Source of the DNA: Octopus sinensis
Taxonomy: Eukaryota
Assembly (NCBI RefSeq): GCF_006345805.1
Contig: NC_043006.1
Coordinates: forward strand, 12,276,001 to 12,340,000
Direction: 5' to 3'
DNA length: 64,000 nt
The stretch's first letter is position 1. Each line of letters begins with the position of its first letter. Positions 12,562-25,165 of this stretch are shown here, piece after piece. The position numbers and the translations under genes are program-made. Below the pieces are notes generated by a model, which did not search any database, was not told the DNA's origin, and was given only the letters and a program-made list of their open reading frames with translations.

Positions 12562-12655
12562 TTATCTGGAAATCCATAAGTAGAGCGACTATTTTTCTCA
12601 AGAAGTTATATTAAGAAAACTAACAATCATTTTCAGTATTTGATTTCATCTACAT

Positions 12656-12900
12656 CGCTAAGTTACGGGGACGTAAACACACCAACACCGGTTGTAAAGT
12701 GGTGGTTGGGGTACAAACACAGACACATACACAAATACGTGTATATAAAAGGCCTTCTTTCAGTTTTCGTCTACTAAATCCACTCATAAGGCTTTGGACA
12801 ACCCGAGACTATAGTAGAAGATACCTGCCCAAGGTATCACGCAGTGGGACTGAATCCAGAACCATGTGGTTGGTATGCAAGCTACTTATCACATAACACC
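12656..12900 (-). mobile_element. SINE family B, 3'-truncated
   Basis: Matches family B from the head through CCCCGTAACTTAGCG. Confidence 0.85.
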
Positions 12901-13868
12901 TTCATGTCAAAGATACATGAAAGATCTTGTAGCACACCTTTAAAATGCCCTTCAAGAAAATGTAAAGAAAATTTCTTGTTTAACATTTTTTGTCAAATAT
13001 CACGCAACAAGTTTTACTGAAGTGAATTCTTGCAAAATGAAAAGATTAAAAACAAAATATATATAATTCCATGAAATTAATATAATACACGAACCAAAAT
13101 TTCTACAGCGATAATAAAAGAATGGAGTAATTTATATGAAGAGAGTAGGAGTTCTGAAGCCGATGTATTAAGATATCAAATTTTCAAAAGCTGATCAATG
13201 ATTAGATGTTCAACTTTCATGTCAGAAAACTTTGTAAATAACGAAATTCAACATTGCAGTTAGTGACTAGTAGCCGGAAACAAAGGGGATTTCAGTGGTG
13301 TAGAGCGAATTATTAATAATTCTTTCTCATATGAAGTGAAGCAGAAAGAAAATTTAATAACGTTATATCAGGATTATAGAGTGACATTCGATCTGTCCTG
13401 TGTTACTTTAGCGTTTAGTGACGTCATTCAGAGATCAGTTGAGTTCTCTCTGTTTGAAGATTGAATGCAGAAATGTATTATTTTCCGTTGTGGAGTATGA
13501 AATATGAACTTTTTCCAAGAGAGAGCATGTTTATAAGACTGTCTTATTGTATCTGTTTGCTTCTAAATCAGTTTGTTTAACAATCAACGGTTACTAGAAC
13601 AGGGTTAGATGAAAGTTGGAATGTTAAGACGATCCATGACCTCTTTCTTAAGAGAGGAAATCTCCAGATTCTAACAACTATGTTATTGAAAACAAAATAT
13701 GATTTAATTACCACTTTAAAGAAATATATACACACGAAGTTGGGCCAAGATGATGATAGACGATTATCAAATTTTAAGTCACCATTATTTCCATTTCATT
13801 CATGCACTACATTAGTGCAACGTATATATATTATATATATATATATAATATATATATATATAATATAT

Positions 13869-13900
<32 letters not shown>

Positions 13901-14031
13901 GATATATATATATGTGTGTGTGTGTGTGGTGTGTGTGTGTGTCTGTGATTTGCCATATTGGACCGCTCACCTCAGCACGTTTCTTTCATTCTCTATCTAT
14001 TTCCACACCCACACACGCGCACAAGAAAGAC

Positions 14032-14093
<62 letters not shown>

Positions 14094-14111
14094 ATATATA
14101 TATATATATAC

Positions 14112-14491
14112 TATTCTTTTGTTTCACTCAGTAATTTGAGTACGGCCATGATGGAGCACCGCCTTTAGTCGAACAAATTGACCCCAGGACTTATACTTTG
14201 TAAGCCTTGTACTTATTCTATCGGGTACCTTTGCCAAATCGCTAAGTTACGGGGACGTAAACACACCAACACCGGTTGGCAAGCGGTGGTGGGGGTACAA
14301 ACACAGACACATAGACAAATACGTTTATATAAAAGGCCTTCTTTCAGTTTTCGTCTACCAAATCCACTCATAAGGCTTTGGACAACCCGAGACTATAGTA
14401 GTAGATACTTGCCCAAGATACCACTCAGTGGGACTGAACCCGGAACCATGTGGTTGGTAAGCAAGCTATTTACCACACAGCCACTCCTGTG

Positions 14492-14495
<4 letters not shown>
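14112..14495 (-). mobile_element. SINE family B, full length
   Basis: Reverse complement begins GGCACAGGAGTGGCTGTGTGGTAAATAGCTTGC and ends with the CTCCATCATGGCCG...GAAACAAAAG tail. Confidence 0.9.
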
Positions 14496-14527
<32 letters not shown>

Positions 14528-14559
14528 CGAGTGGGTATACACACGCTGAACAAGACAGC

Positions 14560-15868
<1,309 letters not shown>

Positions 15869-15965
15869 TAAAGTTAATCCAAACAAGAAAACAAAAAACA
15901 ATAACGCAAGGATATGGAACAAATAAAGTATTATTGGACGCTCAGGTAAGAAAGGAAGAAGGAGG

Positions 15966-16000
15966 GTTTGACGTTTCGAGCGGAGCTCTTCGTCAGAAAC
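15966..16000 (-). ncRNA. Minimal type I hammerhead ribozyme, intact core with an extra A after A9
   Basis: Minus strand GTTT-CTGACGA-A-GAGC-TCC-GCTC-GAAA-CG-TC-AAAC: stem I GTTT/AAAC, stem II GAGC/GCTC, palindromic ACGT stem III, GUC site. Confidence 0.85.
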
Positions 16001-17117
16001 ATAGGAGAAGGAAACATCCCGAGATGGGAAGGACAGAGGAAAAAAAAATTCAGCAAAATTTAGATTCAGATGAATATGGTACTTAAGTTAAAGACACCAG
16101 AATTTTGTATGGTATTATCCATATAAACCAAATCGGGTGATTATAATCAAAATAATCAAAATAAGTAACAAGGATATCCAAGGTAGAGTAGTATAATTAT
16201 TTTATACTACTTCATTTAATAAGATGAAGTAGCATGAAACGATTGTACCACTCTACCTTGGATATCCTTGTTGCTTATTTTGAGTATATATGTATATATA
16301 CATGGAGACAGTGGTATATTTAAATACATAAAATCCTCATATGGGTTGTTGCTTCTTAAATTTTGCTTGTGTTCCTTTATCAAAAGTAATATTGAAAGCC
16401 GTATCTTTCTTGATTTACATGACTTGGATTTGCACAGCGTTTTGCGAAACCAATCTATCGTGTGAACCGAGAGACAACTATAATTTCAAATCACTATTTT
16501 CTGTGATCACACCTTACGTAAGCTAATATTTCTTTCTTAGCTTCTTCTACATGTATATTTCAATTGCAGGGTAATAAATGCACGGAGGCATCAATTTTAT
16601 CATTCTGTATCATTGACGGCTTGCGTTACCGAGATGCTAGAAAACCTCATGTACGTTTGGTTGCATCACGGACATCATATTGAAACCAACACGTAAAGCT
16701 TGTTAAGTTTCTAATAAAAGAAATGTGTGCTACTCTCAGAAGGTTTGTTTATCTCACATGCAATTTGTTATCAAGAACTGATGTAGAGGAAAGAAAGCAG
16801 TGGAAATGAGGTTTGACAAACTCAAACGAACAGGAAGAAAACTCAGTCAGAACCAGTTTCTAGAGAGAATAAATACTTTGGTATCAAGTTTATGGAATTC
16901 AATCTCCATCGAACATTCGGTTATACAGAAATCATAATATATAGATCTATTCACAATGTGTATCAATATATATCGCAGAAGGAGTGAAAGAGAGAGAGTG
17001 AATGAAAGAGAAATGGTGTGTGGAAGGTGTAATGGTCGAGAGAATTACGGAGACACGGAGACAGAATCAGAGAAAAATCCTGATATCTGTGTTTGTATAG
17101 TGTTTGTAAATTATACG

Positions 17118-17149
<32 letters not shown>

Positions 17150-17289
17150 CACACACACACTCGTACACGCACGCACGCATTATAGTTTGTATTCATACAT
17201 ACACACACACAAATATGTATATATGGAAATAAAAATACAACTTTTATATTTATCTACATATACATACACACACCCACACACCCAGATGT

Positions 17290-17437
17290 ATACAAAGATA
17301 TATAATAAATATATATAATGTCCGTATCATGAATACATGAATATGAGCACACACACATACACACACATAAATATACATATATATGTATATATATAATATA
17401 TGTGTCTGTATGTATATACATACGTAGATATATAAAT

Positions 17438-17482
<45 letters not shown>

Positions 17483-17568
17483 GTTATATAGAAATATATA
17501 TAGGTGTGTGTGAGCAGATATGTATATATGAATGTATGTGCACATATATATGCATATATATATGTATG

Positions 17569-17623
<55 letters not shown>

Positions 17624-17660
17624 TACATGTACATATATATATGATGAATATATGCATATG

Positions 17661-17718
<58 letters not shown>

Positions 17719-17800
17719 TATGTATGTATACATATGTATCTATATATATGTACACACACATTTATGTATATACGTATTTATGTATGAATGTATGTGTGTG
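17290..17800. repeat. Long degenerate (TA)n/(CA)n/(TATG)n array
   Basis: Directly visible; source of many YI-rich ORFs. Confidence 0.9.
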
Positions 17801-18800
17801 TATATATACTCAGAGAGTCTTAATCTACATCTAATTGTCTCGAAGCTGCCATTTCCCGCATTTAATCAATCTTATTTGCATACGTATGTAATGTGGACAC
17901 CATAAATCCGCTAATATAATATACCAATCAAAATTTGTATCTGAAGAAGATGTGATATCCACTGGGAAATCAAGTCGGTGATGAAAACGTGTAGCTATGC
18001 TTTTGTTTGCTTGTTTACTTTTTGGTTTTTGCTTGTGTGCTTGTGTGTTTTATTTTCTTCTTCTTACACAATACAACTGAAGACAGTTCGGTATTTTTAT
18101 GAACCACACCGTAAAGCCAGCAATACACAGCTTTATAGCTAAGACTTTGAAATATTCAGTAGTATGGTCAGAATAATAACCTTCTAAAGAACTAGAAATC
18201 TTTGCGAAGATGATACAGATATTCTTCAGTTGAGCTGTTTTATATAAGAAGATAAATGTAATAAATAATAAATGCAAAGAATGTTAATACATGGGCAATA
18301 TTGAATATTGAATAAGGTCACAAAATACTCTACATTATAACCGAGATATACCACTAACATTCACAGACAGTGTTTACTGAGTAATATATTTTGAATAGAA
18401 TCATGCAAAAGCAAAGAGCAAAACACTTTAGAATCTTGCATATATCAATCTTTATTTTGCTTAGTAATGTTCTATAAAATATGACAATTCCATTTAGAAG
18501 TATCGTTGAGAAATTTAGGGCTGTCTTGTTAATGTTTACTCTTAAAAATTTGTGTACGAAACGATAACGGTTTGACAGTGTCGACATTGTAAATCTAGTT
18601 ATACAACCCAGCCACTTCTGTACGTTCACAAAAAAATCTAATCTGACACGTCACATGTCAACGAGGAACCTCTACGTGGTCGTTCAATCTGCTAGAAAAC
18701 ACCAACAAAATCTCTCTCAAATTTACACTCTATCTAGACGCAAAAAAAACACCAACAAAATCATAAAATGATACTGTTCGGTCAAAATCGGGGTTTCTAT

Positions 18801-19009
18801 ACTCTCTTTACTTGTTTCATTCATTTGACTGCGGCCATGCTGTAGCACCGCCTTTAGTCGAGCAAATCGACACCGGGACTTATTCTTTTGTAAGCCCAGT
18901 ACTTATTCTATCGGTCTATTTTGCCGAACCACTAAGTGACGGGGACGTAAACAAACCAGCATCGGTTGTCAAGCAATGCTAGGGGGACAAACACAGACAC
19001 ACAAACACC

Positions 19010-19065
<56 letters not shown>

Positions 19066-19247
19066 CATATTTATATACATATATACGACGGGCTTCTTTC
19101 AGTTTCCGTCTACCAAATCCACTCACAAGGCTTTGGTCGGCCCGGGGCTATAGCAGAAGACACTTGCCCAAGATGCCACGCAGTGGGACTGAACCCGGAA
19201 CCATGTGGTTGGTTAGCAAGCTACTTACCACACAGCCATCCTGCGCC
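18801..19247 (-). mobile_element. SINE family B, full length, with expanded internal (CA)n
   Basis: Reverse complement starts GGCGCAGGATGGCTGTGTGGTAAGTAGC; the internal microsatellite and tail match the other copies. Confidence 0.92.
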
Positions 19248-19379
19248 TATACATCACGCTTTTCATAGACGTTGCTGTTGTTACCATTTTGGGGACACAT
19301 CCCATCCTTTCTTTTTATCTTCTTCTCTCCTTCTTTTTTCTTCTACTCCTTCGCTTTTTCCTTCATCTTTTTCTTTGTC

Positions 19380-20090
19380 GCGATCATCATCACCACAAAC
19401 ACCGCCACCACGAAACCACTACAACAATGCCACAATCATCACCACCATCATCATCATCTTCTTCTTCTCCGTCTTCTTTTACTACTACTACTATTACTAC
19501 TACTACTATTTACTACTAATACTATTACTGCTGCTGCTGCTACTATTACTACTACTACTATTACTACTACTACTACTACTAATACTGCTGCTGCTACTAT
19601 TACTACTTCTTACTACTACTATTACTACTACTACTATTACTACTACTACTACTGTTGCTGCTACTATTACTACTACTATTACTACTACTACTATTACTAC
19701 TACTACTACTGCTGCTGCTACTATTACTACTACTTACTACTACTACTACTTACTACTACTACTATTACTACTACTACTACTGCTTCTGCTACTATTACTA
19801 CTACTACTTACGACTACTCCTCCTACTACTGCTACTTACTACTAATACTACTATTACTGCTGCTGCTACTACTACTACTACTACTACTATCACTGCTGCT
19901 GCTACTATTACTACTACTACTTACGACTACTCCTCCTACTACTACTACTAGTTTTTGTTGTTGTTCTGCTGCTGCTGTTGTTGCTGCTGCTTGTTGTTTT
20001 TTTTCTTCTTACCCCCCCCCCACGACGACCACCACCAACTAATCAATCCTCCACCCATCCAACCACCACTACTGCTACTACTACTACGTC
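19380..20090. repeat. Compound trinucleotide array (CAT/CTT/TAC/CTG)
   Basis: Directly visible; explains the 256-289 aa low-complexity ORFs. Confidence 0.92.
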
Positions 20091-20367
20091 TTACTCAACT
20101 TCTGCCTTTTATTCCTCCTCTTATTGTTCCCCCGTTGATAAAGTCACTTCACGACAACAGCGATGCCGCAGCACACAAAATGCCTGGTGGTATTGATTAC
20201 GTTTTATGTGCTGAGCGTAAATCACGTTAGTCTCGTCTTTCTCTTTTCCTCTCCCGGGATCGATAAAATATGTTTTAGTCAAATACTAGTGTAAGTTTAA
20301 TCTAATATACTCTCACCTAAATGTCATGAACACGTACCTGGTTTAGAAAAGTCTGTTATTATTATTA

Positions 20368-20422
<55 letters not shown>

Positions 20423-20467
20423 CATTATTATTATTATTATTATTATTATTGTTGTTGTTATTGTTTA

Positions 20468-21051
20468 GGCGAGGAGCTGGCAGAGTCGTTAGCGCGCCAG
20501 ACGAAACGCCTAGCGGTATTTCGACTTTGCCTTTCATCCTTTCGGGGTCGATAAATTAAGTACCAGTTACGCACTGGGGTCAATGTAATTGACTTAATAC
20601 CTATGTCTGTCCTTGTTTGTCCCCTCTGTGTTTAGCCCCTTGTGGGTAATAAAGAAATAGGTATTTCGCTGGCAGAATCGTTAGCACGCCGGGCTAAATG
20701 CGTAGCCGCATTTCGTCTGCCGTTACGTTCTGAGTTCAAATCCCGCCGAGGTCGACTTTGCCTTTCATCCTTTCGGGGTCGATAAATTAAGTACCAGTTA
20801 TGCATTGGGGTCGATATAATCGACTTAATCAGTTTGTCCGTCCTTGTTTGTCCTCTCTGTGTTTAGTCCCTTGTGGGTAGTAAAGAAATAGGTATTTCGC
20901 CCGTCGCTACGTTCTGAATTCAGGTTCCACCGAGATCGACTTGTTCCTTTCATCCTTTCGGGGTCGATAAATTAAGTACCAGTGAATAATTGGGGTCGAT
21001 CTAATCGACTACTCCCCAAATTAAATTTCAGGCCTTGTGCCTATAGTAGAA
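20468..21051 (+). mobile_element. Head-to-tail trimer of SINE family A units
   Basis: Units at 20468-20659, 20668-20890 and 20891-21051; both junctions read AAAGAAATA-GGTATTTCG. The third unit has a variant tail (AATTTCAGGCCTTGTGCC). Confidence 0.88.
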
Positions 21052-21054
21052 TGA

Positions 21055-21395
21055 GTGTTGTTGTCGTCGTTGTTGTTCTTCTTCACTATTGTTGTTGTTC
21101 TTCTTCTTTTTTACTTCTTCTTTTTCTTCCTCTTCTCCTTCTTCTTCTCCTTCCTCTTCTTCTTCTCTTCTTCTTCTTCTTCTTCTTCTTCTTCTTCTTC
21201 TCTTCTTCTTCTTCTTCACTATTCTTGTTGTTGTTGCTTCTTCTTCTTCTTCTTCTTCTTCTTCTTCTTCTTCTTCTTCTTCACTATTCTTGTTGTTGTT
21301 GCTCTTCTTTTTTACTTCTTCTTTTCCTCCTCCTCCTTCTTGTTCACTATCCTTATTGTACTTTTTTTCTTCCACTTCTTCTTATTATTATTATA
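21055..21395. repeat. (CTT)n/(GTT)n compound repeat with a recurring CTTCACTATTCTTGTTGTTG unit
   Basis: Directly visible. Confidence 0.9.
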
Positions 21396-21639
21396 ATTAT
21401 TAAGACGACGATCCTGCAGAATATTTAAAACTCCGTACTAAATGCTAAGCGACATGTCTTCCGGATTCTTCCTGCGAATGACGCTGCAATCAACTTTGCT
21501 ATTTATTCGTTCGAGTCGATGAAGTAAACATCAGTCAAGTACTTATTTTATCGACAACATCATATCACCTTTCCAACTCCATAAATTGCTGACCTTTTAG
21601 TCAAAATTTGAAAAAAATTATGATTATCATCGTCGTCCT

Positions 21640-22268
21640 CATTGTTATTATTATTATATCAAGAAAAATCTCAGCTTATTTTGCTGAGTATGATGGAAAG
21701 TGTCAGCTGTCCACAGCAAGCGGACTCAGGTGGCACTTGTTTACTGATCAACCATGAAGAACTCTACGGAGAACTATTGCAGTTCCAGCCAATGATGGTT
21801 TTTGTCGGTATCCTATCTTTATATTTGTACCAGTCTTTTTGAAACATGATCGTAATTGAATGCTGATACTTCCAAGCGCTCCGTTGACTATTGGTATTGC
21901 TGACATTCTTTTCATTGCTCACAGCCTGTGTATTTCCCATTTCAAATCGTCGTAGTTGTTAAGTTTTTTTCTTGTTCTTTGTCTTTGATCCTGTTTTCAC
22001 CGGGACATGCTATAACGATCATCATGCAAGTGTCTTTCTTTTATGCCCACCACAACAATGTCAGGTTTCCGATGTCTGGTCTGATAATCACTGAATCGTT
22101 GCATCCCGCAGGAATTTGCAATCTACATACTCAGTAACTCCTTCTGCAATTTGACTATACGTGTACCACGATTTGATCTTTATAGGCCATAATTTCCACA
22201 TAGTTCCCAATCGATCATTCTTGTCACACTGTCACTTAGTCTTTTGTATTCGTATTGTGCCAATTTTG
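21640..22268 (-). mobile_element. Decayed non-LTR retrotransposon of the restriction-like endonuclease group (R4/NeSL-like), 3' portion
   Basis: Across frameshifts the minus strand gives ECPKLAQYEYKR..., RHRKPDIVVV, NNYDDLKWEIHRL, PIVNGALG, GTAIVLRRVL; PD-(D/E)xK-type endonuclease motifs, followed by a TAA-rich tail. Confidence 0.75.
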
Positions 22269-22294
22269 GGCATTCTCTAGCAATATTATTATTA

Positions 22295-22351
<57 letters not shown>

Positions 22352-22354
<3 letters not shown>

Positions 22355-22718
22355 TAGTTTTATTTTTTTATAGCGTGCTTTCACTTCACTATCGAGCGCA
22401 GCTCTGTGTGCCTTGGGTATGTGCTGTGATTTGTTGTGATGCTCTGATGGTTATTGTATCGAAAGTGCTCTGCGTAGGATGTGTGCAGTGCCTAGTAGTG
22501 CAATTTTCTGTATGGTATATGTGTTTGTAAGTCCTGGTGTTTTGCTATGTATTTGTCTGAATATTTTTTTATCATGCCTAATGCACCTACTATGATAGGA
22601 ATGTTTCTGTTTTCAGATTCCACATTCTAGTTACCTCTATTTCAGGTCTTTGTATTTTGAGAGTTTCTCCATTTCTTTTAGAGACACGTTGTCATCTGCC
22701 GGTATTGATACATCAATT
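22352..22718 (-). mobile_element. RLE-type LINE 3' end, copy 1 (R4/Dong-like), inside an (ATT)n array
   Basis: LIDVSIPADDNVS...KLSKYKDL...ALG...QKIALLGTAHILRRALSIQ*, then a 3' UTR ending in (TAA)n. Confidence 0.85.
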
Positions 22719-22788
22719 ATATTATATTATTATTATTATATTATTATATTATTATTATTATTATTATTATTATATTATTATTATTATT

Positions 22789-23217
22789 CAGTAGTTTTTA
22801 TTTTATAGCGTGCTTCACTTCACTACCGAGCGCAGCTCTGTGTGCTTGGGTATGTGCTGTGATTTGTTGTGATGCTCTGATGGTTATTGTATGGAAAGTG
22901 CTCTGCATAGGATGTGTGCAGTACCTAGTAGTGCAATTTTCTGTATGTTATATGTGTTGGTAAGTCCTGGTGTTTTTGTTATGTATTTGTCTGAATATTT
23001 TTTTATCATGCCTAATGCACCTACTATGATAGGAATGTTTCTGTTTTTAGATTCCACATTCGGTTACCTCTATTTCCAGGTCTTTGTATTTTGAGAGTTT
23101 CTCCATTTCTTTTAGAGACGCGTTGTCATTGCCGGTATTGATACATCAATTAGAAGCATTTTTTTCTTCATGATCTCTGACAACTATATCTGGTCTGCTG
23201 GCCTTAATTTCTCTATC

Positions 23218-23218
<1 letters not shown>
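22789..23218 (-). mobile_element. RLE-type LINE 3' end, copy 2, tandem with copy 1
   Basis: Near-identical to 22352-22718 and extends further 5' to DREIKASRPDIVVRDHEEKK. Confidence 0.85.
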
Positions 23219-23252
<34 letters not shown>

Positions 23253-23301
23253 GAGTAGTAGTAGCAATAGTAGAAGTAGTAGTACCTGTCATGTTGAATA
23301 C

Positions 23302-23355
<54 letters not shown>

Positions 23356-23713
23356 GCACCAAAAAAATACGTTAGGAATGAGAACCCAGTGTTGGGTTCA
23401 AAGTTCTACCAGGACACCTGAGAGTAAATCAGCCGAAACGTTAAGCCCACAGGAATACAACGTAATGGTTAAGATCGCGAGCTACTAACCCCAAGATTCC
23501 GAGTTCAATTCTAGGCAGTGCCTTGAATAAATAGTAATAATAACAACATCAGCAAAGCAAATTCTTTTTCTGCATTTAGTTGTTCCTTCGATTCTCAACT
23601 AACTTGTCTTCCCTTATTCTTCATCCCGCGCTTTGTAAAACAAAGGCAAGATGTACATTGTGGTTGATTCCCATCACGGTGTATTCACCACGTATATAAA
23701 ATGTGTATTGTGT

Positions 23714-24097
23714 GGAGGCGCAATGGCCCAGTGGTTAGGGTAGCGGACTCGCGGTCATAGGATCGCGGTTTCGATTCCCAGACCGGGCGTTGTGAGTGTT
23801 TATTGAGCGAAAACACCAAAAGCTCCACGAGGCTCCAGCAGGGGATGGTGGTGATCCCTGCTGTACTCTTTCACCACAACCTTCTCTCATTCTTACTTCC
23901 TGTTTCTGTTGTACCTGTATTTCAAGAGGCCGGCCTTGTCACTCTCTGTGTCACGCTGAATATCCCCGAGAACTACGTTAAGGGTGCACGTGTCTGTGGA
24001 GTGCTCAGCCACTTACACGTTAATTTCACGAGCAGTCGGCTGTTCCGTTGATTCGGATCAACCGGAACCGTCATCGTCGTAACCGACGGAGTGCTTC
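23714..24097 (+). mobile_element. tRNA-derived SINE, family C, full length
   Basis: GGAGGCGCAATGGCCCAGTGGTTAGGG (A box) ... GGTTTCGATTCCC (B box) ... CCGACGGAGTGCTTC; flanks TAAAATGTGTATT / TAAATTGTGTATT resemble a TSD; second copy at 38865-39257. Confidence 0.9.
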
Positions 24098-24557
24098 TAA
24101 ATTGTGTATTATTTATGATAGACATCATTGTTAGTGTAATCGTGTATATAAATAATTTCATATCATAGGCTACCAATAAACGAGCAGCATTTAGCTCTCT
24201 AGCTCTAGAAATATAGACGATGAAATAATCATAAATCTTTTATATTGCATGTTGAAATCATAATCTCATATCTCCAGCGATTTAGAATTTGGACTGTTTG
24301 GATATTAAGGCCACACAAAATGTCTGTTAGTAATGAAGAACTGAAGGAAAGCAGTAAAATCGGGGTGTCCAGAGTAATACATTTAATTTGGTTAACTGAA
24401 GCCAACTAGCACAAACCTAGAGTTTCCTCGAATATACCCGGGTGGCTGCTTCATCTGTCGAACATTTTGGATTGCGCGTGCGCGCACGCACACACACACA
24501 CACACAATACACACCGAGATACTCAAAGACCCTGCTAAATCAATCAGTCAATCTATC

Positions 24558-24636
<79 letters not shown>

Positions 24637-24674
24637 TTGCAAGATTTTTGATGTGAAATCGTGTGTTGAAACAG

Positions 24675-24907
24675 ATATTGTTGTATTTAGGAATGATCAT
24701 TTTGCCAGTTTAGCCAATAAATAAGAAAGAAGAAAGCAAAGGACCACTGACGAGGTCACAGGAGTGTGACGAAAGAACTCTGGCCGAAATAAGATTAAGA
24801 TTAATGTAAAAAATAAATAAGGCTGAAGCAAAGTATCACCAAATATATAGTGCGTGTGTTTTTATTGTCTAAACTGGCAAAATGACCATTCCGAAATACA
24901 ACAATAT
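24675..24907. mobile_element. Inverted-repeat module between (TA)n tracts containing a hammerhead
   Basis: 47-bp arms at 24675-24721 and 24861-24907, 44/47 complementary. Confidence 0.8.
24741..24785 (+). ncRNA. Minimal type I hammerhead ribozyme, intact core, imperfect stem III
   Basis: GGACCA-CTGACGA-G-GTCACA-GGAG-TGTGAC-GAAA-GAAC-TC-TGGCC: 6-bp stem II, stem I CCA/TGG plus GG/CC, CUC site. Confidence 0.75.
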
Positions 24908-25065
24908 ATATATATATATATTAGCTTTTAGCTCTTACTTTCTTTGGTGCTGTCAGTACAATGAGTAAAAAGCCTTCTCTAGACATCCCTATTGCTCGCC
25001 TTTCTTCTGGTTCTACCCGTGTCAATTCTCATCGCTATCTTATAGTCCTAGAACCTACTGTTCCA

Positions 25066-25165
25066 NNNNNNNNNNNNNNNNNNNNNNNNNNNNNNNNNNN
25101 NNNNNNNNNNNNNNNNNNNNNNNNNNNNNNNNNNNNNNNNNNNNNNNNNNNNNNNNNNNNNNNNN
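25066..25165. other. Assembly gap (100 N)
   Basis: Run of N. Confidence 1.

Noticed and set aside
16571-16695. Possible + strand exons here and at about 2790-2860, 29160-29240, 40655-40700 and 43561-43635, plus minus-strand ones at 18070-18234 and 29770-29875
   Set aside because: AG/GT-bounded open stretches of this length are expected by chance in 64 kb; several are open in more than one frame or strand and none gave a recognisable protein.
17254-17905. Many overlapping YI-rich or CV-rich ORFs (likewise 26555-27005, 45171-45715, 47315-47693, 56663-57221, 61651-62126)
   Set aside because: Dinucleotide repeats lack stop codons in most frames.
17941-17985. CTGAAGA...GAAA spacing suggestive of a hammerhead
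   Set aside because: Stem I does not pair and stem II is poor.
18976-20230. 289-aa and 256-aa ORFs
   Set aside because: They consist of SINE B plus TAC/CTA/CTG trinucleotide repeats, giving low-complexity translations with no domain.
20468-21051. Regularly spaced repeats suggestive of a CRISPR-like array
   Set aside because: Units are about 200-bp SINE monomers without unique spacers, in eukaryotic DNA with no cas genes.
23714-23790. tRNA-like sequence (also the heads of families A and B)
   Set aside because: No complete acceptor stem, and each continues into a repeat body with TSDs; these are SINE heads, not tRNA genes.
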